Assembly: GCA_013697275.1 (NCBI GenBank)
Contig: JACCXC010000001.1
Location: forward strand, 1-59,392
Source: Actinomycetota bacterium
Lineage (GTDB): Bacteria; Actinomycetota; Thermoleophilia; Gaiellales; Gaiellaceae
Length of the DNA: 59,392 nt
Reading direction: 5' to 3'
Within the stretch, counting starts at the first letter, position 1; every line of letters begins with the position of its first letter. Below, piece by piece: positions 25,051 through 33,130 of the stretch. A model generated the notes under the pieces. That model was not told the DNA's origin. It searched no databases and worked only from the letters and a program-made list of their open reading frames with translations. Made by a program: the position numbers and the translations under genes.

Positions 25051-25722
25051 GTGCAATGGCTGGGGCGTCACCCTCCATTGACGAAACGTTTCCGTGCCGC
25101 AGCCCGTGCCGCAGGCGCAACGGGAGCGGCCGAGGAGGCCGCGACCGTCCGCGTGACGCACACTGTCGGCCGTCTCCACCGCGCTGGGGGCGAGTTGCGT
25201 GCCACAGGCGTGGTCAACGTGATCGCGACCACAGCAGACGGCGCGGTCTACCGCACGTCGAAGCCTGTTGTCTACCGGGCTCGCACGCTCGCCGGCTCGG
25301 GCGGCGGCATCTGTCAGATCCTCTTCCTGACGCTGGGCCCGCTCGATCTGAACCTGCTCGGGCTCGTGGTGCATCTGGATCGCGTGACGCTTCGGATCAC
25401 CGCCAACCGTCGGGGAGGGATCCTCGGCCAGCTGCTCTGCGGCTTGGCCGGACAGCGGCTCAACACCCGGGCCGGAGTGTCGGCCTGGAACCGCGATGTC
25501 GGAAAGATCGGGACGCTTCCGGCCTCCGAGGTTTCGATCGATCACCTGGGCACGTGCCCGGTGCTCGACCTCGTGCTCGGGCCGCTCGATCTCCGGATCC
25601 TCGGGCTGCGCGTGCAGCTGTCGCGTGTGCACCTCGTCGTGACGGCCGAGCGGGGTCACGGAATCCTCGGCGATCTGCTCTGCGGACTCGCCGGCGGACC
25701 CGCGCCGGCTCCGGCTCCTTAA
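25051..25722 (+). CDS. hypothetical protein with two tandem ~47-aa Cys-bracketed repeats
   Basis: 223 aa. Repeat 1 (25312..25452) is CQILFLTLGPLDLNLLGLVVHLDRVTLRITANRRGGILGQLLCGLAG. Repeat 2 (25555..25695) is CPVLDLVLGPLDLRILGLRVQLSRVHLVVTAERGHGILGDLLCGLAG. The start is uncertain; an in-frame TTG giving MTKRFRAAA.. is possible. Confidence 0.55.
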   Translation: MQWLGRHPPLTKRFRAAARAAGATGAAEEAATVRVTHTVGRLHRAGGELRATGVVNVIATTADGAVYRTSKPVVYRARTLAGSGGGICQILFLTLGPLDLNLLGLVVHLDRVTLRITANRRGGILGQLLCGLAGQRLNTRAGVSAWNRDVGKIGTLPASEVSIDHLGTCPVLDLVLGPLDLRILGLRVQLSRVHLVVTAERGHGILGDLLCGLAGGPAPAPAP

Positions 25723-25736
25723 ACGGGGTACCAGTC

Positions 25737-25770
25737 GAAAGGAGGGGCCTCGCGGGAGGCCCCTCCTTTC
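25737..25770. terminator. strong intrinsic terminator hairpin (potentially bidirectional)
   Basis: A perfect 15-bp stem GAAAGGAGGGGCCTC / GAGGCCCCTCCTTTC has the 4-nt loop GCGG. The right arm runs into TTTCTTC. It starts 15 nt after the stop at 25722. Confidence 0.8.
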
Positions 25771-25790
25771 TTCGCGATAATGCGGGCCTG

Positions 25791-26867
25791 ATGGCCCAGG
25801 TTGCCGCGGCAGAACCCGAGCTTCGGCGCGTGATCGGCGACGGCGAGACCGTGGCCGACGGCGAGGTCGACGGTCTCTCCGAGGCCGATCTTGTCGCGCT
25901 CTACCGAGACCTGGTGCTCCTGCGCACCTACGACGAGCGGTCGGTCGTCTACCACCGGCAGGGCCGCATCGGGACCTACGCGATCTTCTGGAATCACGAG
26001 GCCATGCAGGCGGGAGCCGCATTCGCGCTCGGCGACGACGACTGGATCTTTCCGTCCTACCGGGAGTCGGCGATCGGGCTCCTGCGTGGGATGCCCGCTG
26101 AGACGATCCTTTCCTGGTGGCGAGGGCATCCGGCCGGCTGGTGGAACCCGGCCGACTACAACGTCGCGTCCATCTCTGTGCCCATTGCGACGCACGTCCC
26201 GCACGCGGCCGGGCTCGCCTGGGGGAAGAAGCTGCGCGGAGAAGACGCCTGCGCGATCGCGTTCTTCGGCGATGGGGCGACCTCCGAGGGTGCTTTTCAC
26301 GAGGGCGCGAACTTCGCCGCCGTCATGCGCGCGCCGCTCGTCCTCCTCTGTAACAACAACGGGTGGGCGATCTCCACTCCGTTGTCGGCGCAGACACGGG
26401 CCGAGGCTCTCGTGGACAAGGCGGTGGGCTACGGGATGCCGGGGACGCGGGTGGACGGCGCCGACGTGCTCGCCGTGTACGAGGCGACGCGGGAGGCGGT
26501 CGAGCGCGCGCGCGGGGGGGAGGGGCCGAGCTTCATCGAGGCGGTCACGTACCGGACGGCACCGCATGCGACCGCCGACGATCCACGCGTCTACATCGAC
26601 CTCGAGCGGGTCGAGGCGGAGAAGAAGCGCGAATGCGTCGGGCGCTACGAGGGCTATCTCCGGCGCCTGGGGGTGCTCTCGGACGAGGCGGTCGAGGAGA
26701 TTCGTGGGGACGCGGCCGACGTCATGCGTACAGGGATCGGCGCGGCCGAGGCCGAGTCGCCCGCGGACATCGGGCTCGTCTTCGAGCACGCGTACGTCGA
26801 TCCGCCCCCCTCGCTCGCGGCGGACCTCGCCGACCTTCGCCGCATCCTCGGAGGCTCGAGTGGCTGA
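25791..26867 (+). CDS. 2-oxoacid dehydrogenase E1 component, alpha subunit (ThDP-dependent)
   Basis: 358 aa from ATG 25791 (MAQVAAAEPELRR..). The ThDP motif is FFGDGATSEGAFHEGANFAAV..LLCNNNGWAIS. Confidence 0.9.
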   Translation: MAQVAAAEPELRRVIGDGETVADGEVDGLSEADLVALYRDLVLLRTYDERSVVYHRQGRIGTYAIFWNHEAMQAGAAFALGDDDWIFPSYRESAIGLLRGMPAETILSWWRGHPAGWWNPADYNVASISVPIATHVPHAAGLAWGKKLRGEDACAIAFFGDGATSEGAFHEGANFAAVMRAPLVLLCNNNGWAISTPLSAQTRAEALVDKAVGYGMPGTRVDGADVLAVYEATREAVERARGGEGPSFIEAVTYRTAPHATADDPRVYIDLERVEAEKKRECVGRYEGYLRRLGVLSDEAVEEIRGDAADVMRTGIGAAEAESPADIGLVFEHAYVDPPPSLAADLADLRRILGGSSG

Positions 26868-27834
26868 GCTGACGCTGGTCGAGGCGATCAACGATTGCTT
26901 CCACACGGAGCTCGAGCGGGACGAAAACGTAATGGTGCTCGGCCAGGACGTCGGTCGCGCGGGCGGCGTCTTTCGCGCGACCGCGGGTCTGCTCGACCGC
27001 TTCGGGGCTGATCGCTGTGTGGACACGCCACTCGCGGAAGCGGGGATCCTCGGCTCCGCCGTCGGTCTCTGTATGGCCGGCTGGCGGCCCGTCTGCGAGA
27101 TGCAGTACGACGCGTTCTCCTACCCCGCGCTCGACCAGCTCATCACGCATGTGGGCCGCTACCACTGGCGAACGGGCGGCAGGATGACCTTCCCGCTCAC
27201 GATCCGCATGCCCTACGGCGGCGGCGTGCGCGCGCCCGAGCTCCACGACGACTCCCCCGAGACGTACTACGTGCACACCCCCGGCGTGAAGGTGGCGATC
27301 CCGTCGACTCCGGCGGACGCGAAGGGGCTTCTTGCCGCGGCCATCCGCGACCCTGACCCTGTCGTCGTCTTCGAGCCGAAGCTCCACTATCGGACGATGC
27401 GTGGAGACGTGCCGGAGGGCGACTACGTCGTTCCGCTCGGCCAGGCCCGGATCGCTCGGGAGGGCTCCGACCTGACCCTCGTCGCCTACGGCTCGATGGT
27501 GCCGCTCTCCGAGCAGGCGGCGGACGCGCTCGCGGGCGAGGCGAGCGTCGAGGTGCTCGACATCCGCACCCTGAAGCCCCTCGACGAGGAGGCGCTCCTC
27601 GCCTCGGCCGCGAAGACCGGCCGGGTCGTGATCGTCCAGGAGGCCCCCCGCGTCGCGGGCTTCGGCGCCGAGCTCGCGGCGATCCTGGCCGAGAAGGCCA
27701 TGCTCGACCTGCGGGGCCCGGTCGTCCGCGTGACCGGCTTCGACGTGCCTTACCCGTACTGGCAGATCGAGGACGCCTACATGCCCTCCGTCGAGCGCGT
27801 CGTCGACGCGGCACGGCGCCTGCTCCGGTTTTGA
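26860..27834 (+). CDS. 2-oxoacid dehydrogenase E1 component, beta subunit
   Basis: 324 aa from GTG 26860, an 8-nt overlap with E1 alpha. The sequence reads ELTLVEAINDCFHTELERDENVMVLGQDVG..DTPLAEAGILG.. Confidence 0.9.
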   Translation: MAELTLVEAINDCFHTELERDENVMVLGQDVGRAGGVFRATAGLLDRFGADRCVDTPLAEAGILGSAVGLCMAGWRPVCEMQYDAFSYPALDQLITHVGRYHWRTGGRMTFPLTIRMPYGGGVRAPELHDDSPETYYVHTPGVKVAIPSTPADAKGLLAAAIRDPDPVVVFEPKLHYRTMRGDVPEGDYVVPLGQARIAREGSDLTLVAYGSMVPLSEQAADALAGEASVEVLDIRTLKPLDEEALLASAAKTGRVVIVQEAPRVAGFGAELAAILAEKAMLDLRGPVVRVTGFDVPYPYWQIEDAYMPSVERVVDAARRLLRF

Positions 27835-27916
27835 GCACCTGACCGAGCGGCTACGCCTCTGGCTCGAGCGCGGCGAGGGCGGCTACTGGCTGCGCGACGC
27901 GGCCACGAGAGAGCCG

Positions 27917-28246
27917 GTGCACTGGAATGACGAGCGCCTTCTGATCGTGCCGCTGGCCGGGGCCTCGTATCGCCCCGAGGCGTTGCAGGATGACGCCTTC
28001 ACGCCCGGACGCCTCCTCGCGCTCGTCCCGGAGCCGGAGAACCAGCACGACCCGAATGCCGTCGGGATCTGGGACGCGGAGCGCCTCCTCCAGGGCGGCT
28101 ACGTTCCGGCAGATGCGACGGCACGCGTCCCACCCGACGCCCAGGCGGTCTCGCTCTGGGAGTTTCAGGACGTCGAGAGGCGGCGCGTCGGCCTCCGTGT
28201 CCTGATCGCGCCGGCGGACGCTTGGATCGGGCTGCCGCGGCCCTAG
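27917..28246 (+). CDS. stand-alone HIRAN-domain protein
   Basis: 109 aa from GTG 27917. An in-frame CTG at 27839 would add 26 aa. The HIRAN core reads IVPLAGASYRPEAL..LLALVPEPENQHDPNAVGIWDAERLLQGGYVPADATARV. Confidence 0.7.
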   Translation: MHWNDERLLIVPLAGASYRPEALQDDAFTPGRLLALVPEPENQHDPNAVGIWDAERLLQGGYVPADATARVPPDAQAVSLWEFQDVERRRVGLRVLIAPADAWIGLPRP

Positions 28247-28268
28247 GCGCAAGTATTGTCCGCCGCCG

Positions 28269-29384
28269 ATGGCCTACGAGTTCAAGCTGCCCGATCTCGG
28301 TGAGGGACTGACCGAAGGCGAGATCGCCCGCTGGCTCGTCGCGGAGGGCGACGAGATCGTCGAGGACCAGCCGCTCGTCGAGATCCAGACGGACAAGACC
28401 ACGGTCGAGATCCCCTCGCCCGCCGCGGGGAAGGTGGCGCAAATCCTCGTGGGCGAGGGTGACACTGTCCCGGTGGGCACCGTGCTGATCGTGATCGGCG
28501 GCGATGGAGCGGTCGCCGGGGAGCGGCCCAGCGCCTCGGGGGCGGCGCCTACCGCACCGCCCCCGAGGCAGTCGTCTGACTCCCCGGCACGCGGGCGCGT
28601 TCGCGCGACGCCGCTCGTGCGCCGGGTGGCGCATGAGCTCGGCGTCGACCTCGGGTCGCTGGTGGGGACGGGCCCTCAGGGGCGGGTGACCGAGGACGAC
28701 GTGCGGGGCGCGGCCTCCGGCGTCGAGCCGGCACCGGCGGAAGCAGGCCGTCGCGAGCCGCTCCGCGGCGTCCGCAAGCTGATCGCGCAGCACCTGACGA
28801 CGTCCCATCGCGAGGTTCCGGCCGTGACCGTCGTCGAGGAATGCGACTTCGCCGCGCTCGACGCGGTGCGCGGCCAGCGCAGCTACCTGCCGTACCTCCT
28901 CGAAGCGACCGTCCGAGGCCTACGCGCGGTACCGGAGCTGAACGCCCGGCTCGAGGGCGACGAGATCCTCTACCTCGAGCGCTTCGACCTCGGTCTCGCA
29001 GTCCAGACCGGCCAGGGGCTCGTCGTCCCCGTCGTCCGCGGCGTTGACGCGCGATCACCGGACGACCTCGAGGCCGAGGCAACCCGCCTGGCCGAGGCCG
29101 CCCGCTCGGGGAGCCTGACGCCCGAGGAGGTTCGCGGGTCGACCTTCACCGTCTCGAGTGGAGGCAAGCTGGGCGGCCTCTTCGCGACACCGCTCGTAAA
29201 CCATCCGGAGGTCGGGATCCTCGGCCTCCACCGGATCGGCGAGCGGCCCGTCGTTCGCGACGGCCAGATCGTCGTCGGGAAGGTGGGCTGGCTCTCCTGC
29301 ACGTTCGACCACCGGGTCGTCGACGGCGTTCGCGCGAGCGAGTTCCTGCTCACGGTAATCGGGCGCCTACAGGGCCCCGAATAG
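28269..29384 (+). CDS. 2-oxoacid dehydrogenase E2, dihydrolipoamide acyltransferase
   Basis: 371 aa. The lipoyl domain is EFKLPDLGEGLTEGEI..VEIQTDKTTVEIPSP. The E1/E3-binding domain is RATPLVRRVAHELGVDL. The catalytic motif is DHRVVDG. Confidence 0.9.
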   Translation: MAYEFKLPDLGEGLTEGEIARWLVAEGDEIVEDQPLVEIQTDKTTVEIPSPAAGKVAQILVGEGDTVPVGTVLIVIGGDGAVAGERPSASGAAPTAPPPRQSSDSPARGRVRATPLVRRVAHELGVDLGSLVGTGPQGRVTEDDVRGAASGVEPAPAEAGRREPLRGVRKLIAQHLTTSHREVPAVTVVEECDFAALDAVRGQRSYLPYLLEATVRGLRAVPELNARLEGDEILYLERFDLGLAVQTGQGLVVPVVRGVDARSPDDLEAEATRLAEAARSGSLTPEEVRGSTFTVSSGGKLGGLFATPLVNHPEVGILGLHRIGERPVVRDGQIVVGKVGWLSCTFDHRVVDGVRASEFLLTVIGRLQGPE

Positions 29385-29385
29385 C

Positions 29386-29413
29386 GAAGAGCCCGGCCGT
29401 AGCCGGGCTCTTC
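29386..29413. terminator. bidirectional terminator hairpin between the convergent E2 and CHRD genes
   Basis: A perfect 12-bp stem GAAGAGCCCGGC / GCCGGGCTCTTC has the loop CGTA. It starts 2 nt after the E2 stop. Confidence 0.7.
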
Positions 29414-29436
29414 CACCATGCGCCCTCGCGAAAGGG

Positions 29437-30000
29437 CTAGTCGTCGTGCCCGCCGCCTCGGCCGCCGTGGCCACCGCGGCCAAGATCGCCGCGGATCTCG
29501 CCGCCGGGCGCCACGCTTGTGTGGACGTTCGCGTAGGCCTCCCCGCGCCTCATGGCCCGGATCAGGTCCTCGATCTCGCCCGCGGCCACTCCCTGGCCGG
29601 CCGGTCCGATCACGTCGGCCCGGTCGATCACGCCGCGCACCGTGCCCGCTCGCGGCGGGCAGACGGGCTTGTCGCTCGAGGTCGCCGGCCCGCACAGAAA
29701 CGCGCTGATGCCGCCGTTCTCGTGCTGGTCGCCGATGTGGATGTGGGCCTGGGCGGCGTCGCCCTCCAGGCCTTCGTACCGAAGTACGTACTCGATCGCG
29801 GGCTCGCCCGCGAGCCTGATTACGCGGGCGTGGAAGCGCCCCTCGCCCATCCGAACCTGGGACGGAACTTCTTGCCAGCCGTTCAGCCTGGTATCGAACG
29901 CGCCGCGCTCCCCGCCTCCGCCTCGCGCAATCGCAAACGAGCCGCTTGCGAGTGCGGTTACGACAGCGCCAAGAAGCGCCGCTAGCACAATCTTTCTCAT
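29437..30000 (-). CDS. secreted CHRD-domain protein with a Gly/His-rich C-terminal tail
   Basis: 187 aa from ATG 30000, preceded by SD GGGAGG. The signal peptide is MRKIVLAALLGAVVTALASGSFA. The CHRD pattern is LNGWQEVP..AQAHIHIGDQHENGG..ANVHT...GEIRG. The tail is GRGGHGGRGGGHDD. Confidence 0.7.
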   Translation of the reverse strand: MRKIVLAALLGAVVTALASGSFAIARGGGGERGAFDTRLNGWQEVPSQVRMGEGRFHARVIRLAGEPAIEYVLRYEGLEGDAAQAHIHIGDQHENGGISAFLCGPATSSDKPVCPPRAGTVRGVIDRADVIGPAGQGVAAGEIEDLIRAMRRGEAYANVHTSVAPGGEIRGDLGRGGHGGRGGGHDD

Positions 30001-30057
30001 TTGACCTCCCTGTCGGACCCCTGGACGTACGAAGCCCGGGGACAAGTGGATTGAAGT

Positions 30058-30363
30058 CTAGGCCGCGACGGTCTCGGGCGAGCCGACGAGGTAGGGCTCG
30101 AGCATGCGCTCGATCTGAGGCGCGCTCACGCGGCCCTCGAGGCGCGCCACCGGGCGCTTGTCCTTCACGAGGATGAGCGTCGGGACGTCGGTCACTCGCA
30201 GTCGTTTGGCCACCTCGGCCGACGCATCTACGTCGATGCGCGACACCCGCAGGCGCGACCGCTCTTTGCGGGCAAGGTGGGCGAGGAGGCTCTCCATGCG
30301 CCTGGCCGGCCCCGAGGGCGGGGTGGTGAAGAAGAGAAGAATGGGACGCGTCTCGTTTTCCAT
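30058..30363 (-). CDS. thioredoxin-fold protein lacking the CxxC active site
   Basis: 101 aa. The layout is Trx-like (..LLFFTTPPSGPARRME...VDVDASAEVAKRLRVTDVPTLILVKDKRPV..G). SGPA replaces CGPC, and there is no Cys in the protein. Confidence 0.65.
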   Translation of the reverse strand: MENETRPILLFFTTPPSGPARRMESLLAHLARKERSRLRVSRIDVDASAEVAKRLRVTDVPTLILVKDKRPVARLEGRVSAPQIERMLEPYLVGSPETVAA

Positions 30364-30416
30364 CGCGGGAGCCGGTACTGGACAATTCCTTCCCCAAAAC
30401 GCGCTCGACGAAACGG

Positions 30417-31259
30417 CTAGGGCCGCCCATGGCGCCGCGTGTCCGGCGGGGGAGCCGTCGGGAGCGGCACGTACTGGACGCTCGGCCGGCGCCCGCCGGC
30501 CTGCGAGAAAAGGGCCATCAGCTCGTAGGCCTCGTGCGGGACGCCCTCGGCAACCGGCAGCCCGAGATCGCGCGCCTCGCCCAAGGTGATCGGGTCGTCG
30601 TGGGTGTAGTGGCCGCCCGCAAGCTGCTCGGCCACCGCCTCCGCCCGCTCGGCCTCCATCCGCGGGGCCAGCAGGCTGCGGACGACCTCCTTCATGTGCC
30701 GGAGCGCCTTCTCGGCCACATCGCTCAGGATGAGCGTGCGGTCGTCCACCCGATCGATGGGCTTGCGGGCTACGGTGCGCACGATCGAGGCCGCCGGGAG
30801 GTCTCCGAGCTGCGGGTCGACCGGCCCGAGAACGGCGGCAGGGTCCATGAGCACCTCGTCGGCCGCGAGGGCGATGAGCGTGCCGCCGGACATGGCGTAG
30901 TGCGGCACGAGCACCGTCACCCTGCCGGGGTGGTCGCGGAGTGCATAGGCGATCTGCTCGGATGCGAGGACGAGGCCGCCGGGGGTGTGCAGCACTAGGT
31001 CGATCGGCCGCTCGTCCGGAGTCATGCGGATGGCGCGCAGGACTGCCTCCGAGTCCTCGATGTCGATGAAGCGGAAGAGCGGTACACCGAGGAAGCCAAC
31101 GGTTTCCTGGCGATGGATGAGCGCGATCACACGCGTGCCGCGCGCCCGCTCGATCGTCTCGAGGGCGCGGACCCGCCGGCGCTCTAGGAGCTTCCGGCTG
31201 AGGACGGGCACCAGGAGCACCGCGGCGAGGAGAAGCGCGACGAGGAGGCCGAAGTCCAT
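30417..31259 (-). CDS. membrane-anchored Clp-fold serine protease, SDH (serine dehydrogenase proteinase) family
   Basis: 280 aa. An N-terminal TM is followed by IDLVLHTPGGLVLASEQIAYAL..HYAMSGGTLIALAADEVLMDPAAVLGPVDPQ. Confidence 0.75.
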   Translation of the reverse strand: MDFGLLVALLLAAVLLVPVLSRKLLERRRVRALETIERARGTRVIALIHRQETVGFLGVPLFRFIDIEDSEAVLRAIRMTPDERPIDLVLHTPGGLVLASEQIAYALRDHPGRVTVLVPHYAMSGGTLIALAADEVLMDPAAVLGPVDPQLGDLPAASIVRTVARKPIDRVDDRTLILSDVAEKALRHMKEVVRSLLAPRMEAERAEAVAEQLAGGHYTHDDPITLGEARDLGLPVAEGVPHEAYELMALFSQAGGRRPSVQYVPLPTAPPPDTRRHGRP

Positions 31260-31298
31260 CCCTCGGCGAGCCTACCCCGGGCTACACTTTCCGGCGGC

Positions 31299-31682
31299 TT
31301 GGACGGCTTGCTCGACCTGTACCTCCTCGGCGTGGCGCTCGGCCTGGGCGTCGCGGCCGGAACGCCCGGTCAGGGGCGCGAGGGAAACCGCGCGCTCGCG
31401 CTTGCCTTGATCGCCGCGGCAGCCGTCGCCGCCGCGCTCATCGCCGTCTTTGCGACCGGGTGGGCGATCGTCGCCACGATCGTCGGCGTCGCGATCGGCG
31501 TCTTCTCGTTCCGGCATTTGGCTCCGGCGGCCGTCCTCGCCGCCGCGCTCGCGCTCGCCCTTCTCGCACTCGTGCCGGTTGTCGGGTACTTGGAAGCACT
31601 CGCAGCGCCGCTCCTCGGCGAGCGGCTGCGGCGTCGCGCCTCGGGCCGTTTCGCCGGGCTTCGCATCCTCGCCAAGGACTAG
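31299..31682 (+). CDS. small hydrophobic membrane protein, unknown function
   Basis: 127 aa with a TTG start and three or four Ala/Leu/Val-rich helices. The stop overlaps the next GTG by 1 nt (TAGTG). Support comes mainly from hydrophobic periodicity and this coupling. Confidence 0.4.
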   Translation: MDGLLDLYLLGVALGLGVAAGTPGQGREGNRALALALIAAAAVAAALIAVFATGWAIVATIVGVAIGVFSFRHLAPAAVLAAALALALLALVPVVGYLEALAAPLLGERLRRRASGRFAGLRILAKD

Positions 31683-33130
31683 TGCCCCCGCGCCGGGCCG
31701 CGAAGAAGGTCGTCCTCGTCGTGATCGACGGGTTGACGCCGGGCATGCTGGAACGCGGGATCGAGGAGGGCCGCGTTCCGGCGCTCTCGCACCTCGTCGA
31801 CCAGGGCAGCTACCGCCGGGGCGTGACGACCTTCCCGTCGGTGACCCCGGTCTGCCTGACTACGATCGCGACGGGCGCCCACCCGGACGTGCACCACATC
31901 CCCCACCTCTCCTGGTACCACCGGGGCGAGCGGCGGATCATCGAGTACGGCTCGTCCTTTCACGCGATGCGGGCGGTGGGCGCGCGGCAGGCGGTCCGCG
32001 ACGCGGTCTTCAACATGAGCCACTCGCACGTGAGCTCCCGCGCGACGACGGTCTTCGAAGCCGTTGAGGACGCGGGCCTCGTTCCGGCTGCGATCAACTT
32101 CACGTGCTACCGCGGACGAACACGCCATCCCATCCGCCTCCCGGAGCTCGCAACCCGGAATCGCTGGTTCGAGGCCGCGTACGGGCCCAAGCGCTTCTTC
32201 TTCTTCAACTTGTTCGAATCCGACCCGACCGGAGCGCCTTTGGCGGTTCGCTCGCGAGTGGAGGGCTCGACGGACGCTTACGCGGGCTACGTGGGGCGCT
32301 GGCTCGTCACGCGGGACGGCTTCGACTTCCTCGTCTTCTACCTCCCCGACTTCGACTACGCCTCCCACCTGGCCGGGCCCGCCTCTCCGCTCGACGCCCT
32401 CTCCCGCGCGGACGCGAGCGTCGGGCAGCTGATGGAGGCTGCCGGTGGCCCGGACGAGCTGCTCGAGCGCTACGCCGTGATCGTCTGCGCAGACCATGGG
32501 CAGACCCACGTGGACAAGGTCGCCAGCCTGCAGGAGTCGTTCTCCGACCTGAGAGTCCTGCGCGGTCGCCGCGAGGATCCCGACGCGTCGGATGTGGCGA
32601 TCACCGCCTCGAACCGATCGGGGATGGTCTACCGGCTCCCCGCTTGCGGGGCGAGCACGCGGGAGCTCGCCCAGCGGCTCGACGGCGAGCCGGCGGCGGA
32701 CGTCGTCCTCTTTCGGGAAGGCCCGCTTGCGGTAGCCCGGCGCCGGGGCCAGGAGCTTCGCTTCGCGCCTGAGGACGGAGGTTGGGGGACGGAGGGCGAG
32801 CGCGGGCTTCTCGAGGACTCGGTCTATCCGGACGCCCTCGAGCGGGCCTGGTGCGCGCTCGCGTGCCCGAACGCGGGCGAGGTGATCGTCTCCGCCGCGG
32901 ACGGCTACGAGTTGGCCGACCTCGGCGGCCGCCATCATTCGGGCGGCGGGAGCCACGGCTCGCTACAGGTCGGCGACTCGGTGGTGCCCATCATCGCCGC
33001 GGGCTTCGGCGAGGAGCTTGGCGAGTGCCCCAGCCTGACTGAGCTCGCGCCGTTCGTCCTCTCGGCGCTCGGTGTCGAGGTGCCCGACTCGATGGCCCGC
33101 CGGGCCGAGACCGCCGGTGCTCGAGTCTGA
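31682..33130 (+). CDS. alkaline-phosphatase-superfamily enzyme (type I phosphodiesterase / nucleotide pyrophosphatase-like)
   Basis: 482 aa from GTG 31682. The N-terminus reads KKVVLVVIDGLTPGML..FPSVTPVCLTTIATG. Later motifs are YLPDFDYASH and VCADHGQT. Confidence 0.75.
   Translation: MPPRRAAKKVVLVVIDGLTPGMLERGIEEGRVPALSHLVDQGSYRRGVTTFPSVTPVCLTTIATGAHPDVHHIPHLSWYHRGERRIIEYGSSFHAMRAVGARQAVRDAVFNMSHSHVSSRATTVFEAVEDAGLVPAAINFTCYRGRTRHPIRLPELATRNRWFEAAYGPKRFFFFNLFESDPTGAPLAVRSRVEGSTDAYAGYVGRWLVTRDGFDFLVFYLPDFDYASHLAGPASPLDALSRADASVGQLMEAAGGPDELLERYAVIVCADHGQTHVDKVASLQESFSDLRVLRGRREDPDASDVAITASNRSGMVYRLPACGASTRELAQRLDGEPAADVVLFREGPLAVARRRGQELRFAPEDGGWGTEGERGLLEDSVYPDALERAWCALACPNAGEVIVSAADGYELADLGGRHHSGGGSHGSLQVGDSVVPIIAAGFGEELGECPSLTELAPFVLSALGVEVPDSMARRAETAGARV

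Noticed and set aside
25312-25695. A DNA-level direct repeat of about 141 bp, present twice and 243 bp apart.
   Set aside because: It is explained by the in-frame protein repeat of the 25051..25722 ORF. It is not a non-coding repeat or a mobile-element terminus.
23749-26022. A very long (757 aa) minus-strand ORF spanning the TetR, lipid kinase, repeat-protein and E1-alpha region.
   Set aside because: It is antisense to four plus-strand genes that have clear family motifs. Its translation is Arg/Pro/Gly/Ala-rich low complexity with no recognisable domain. This is the typical shadow ORF of ~70% GC DNA.
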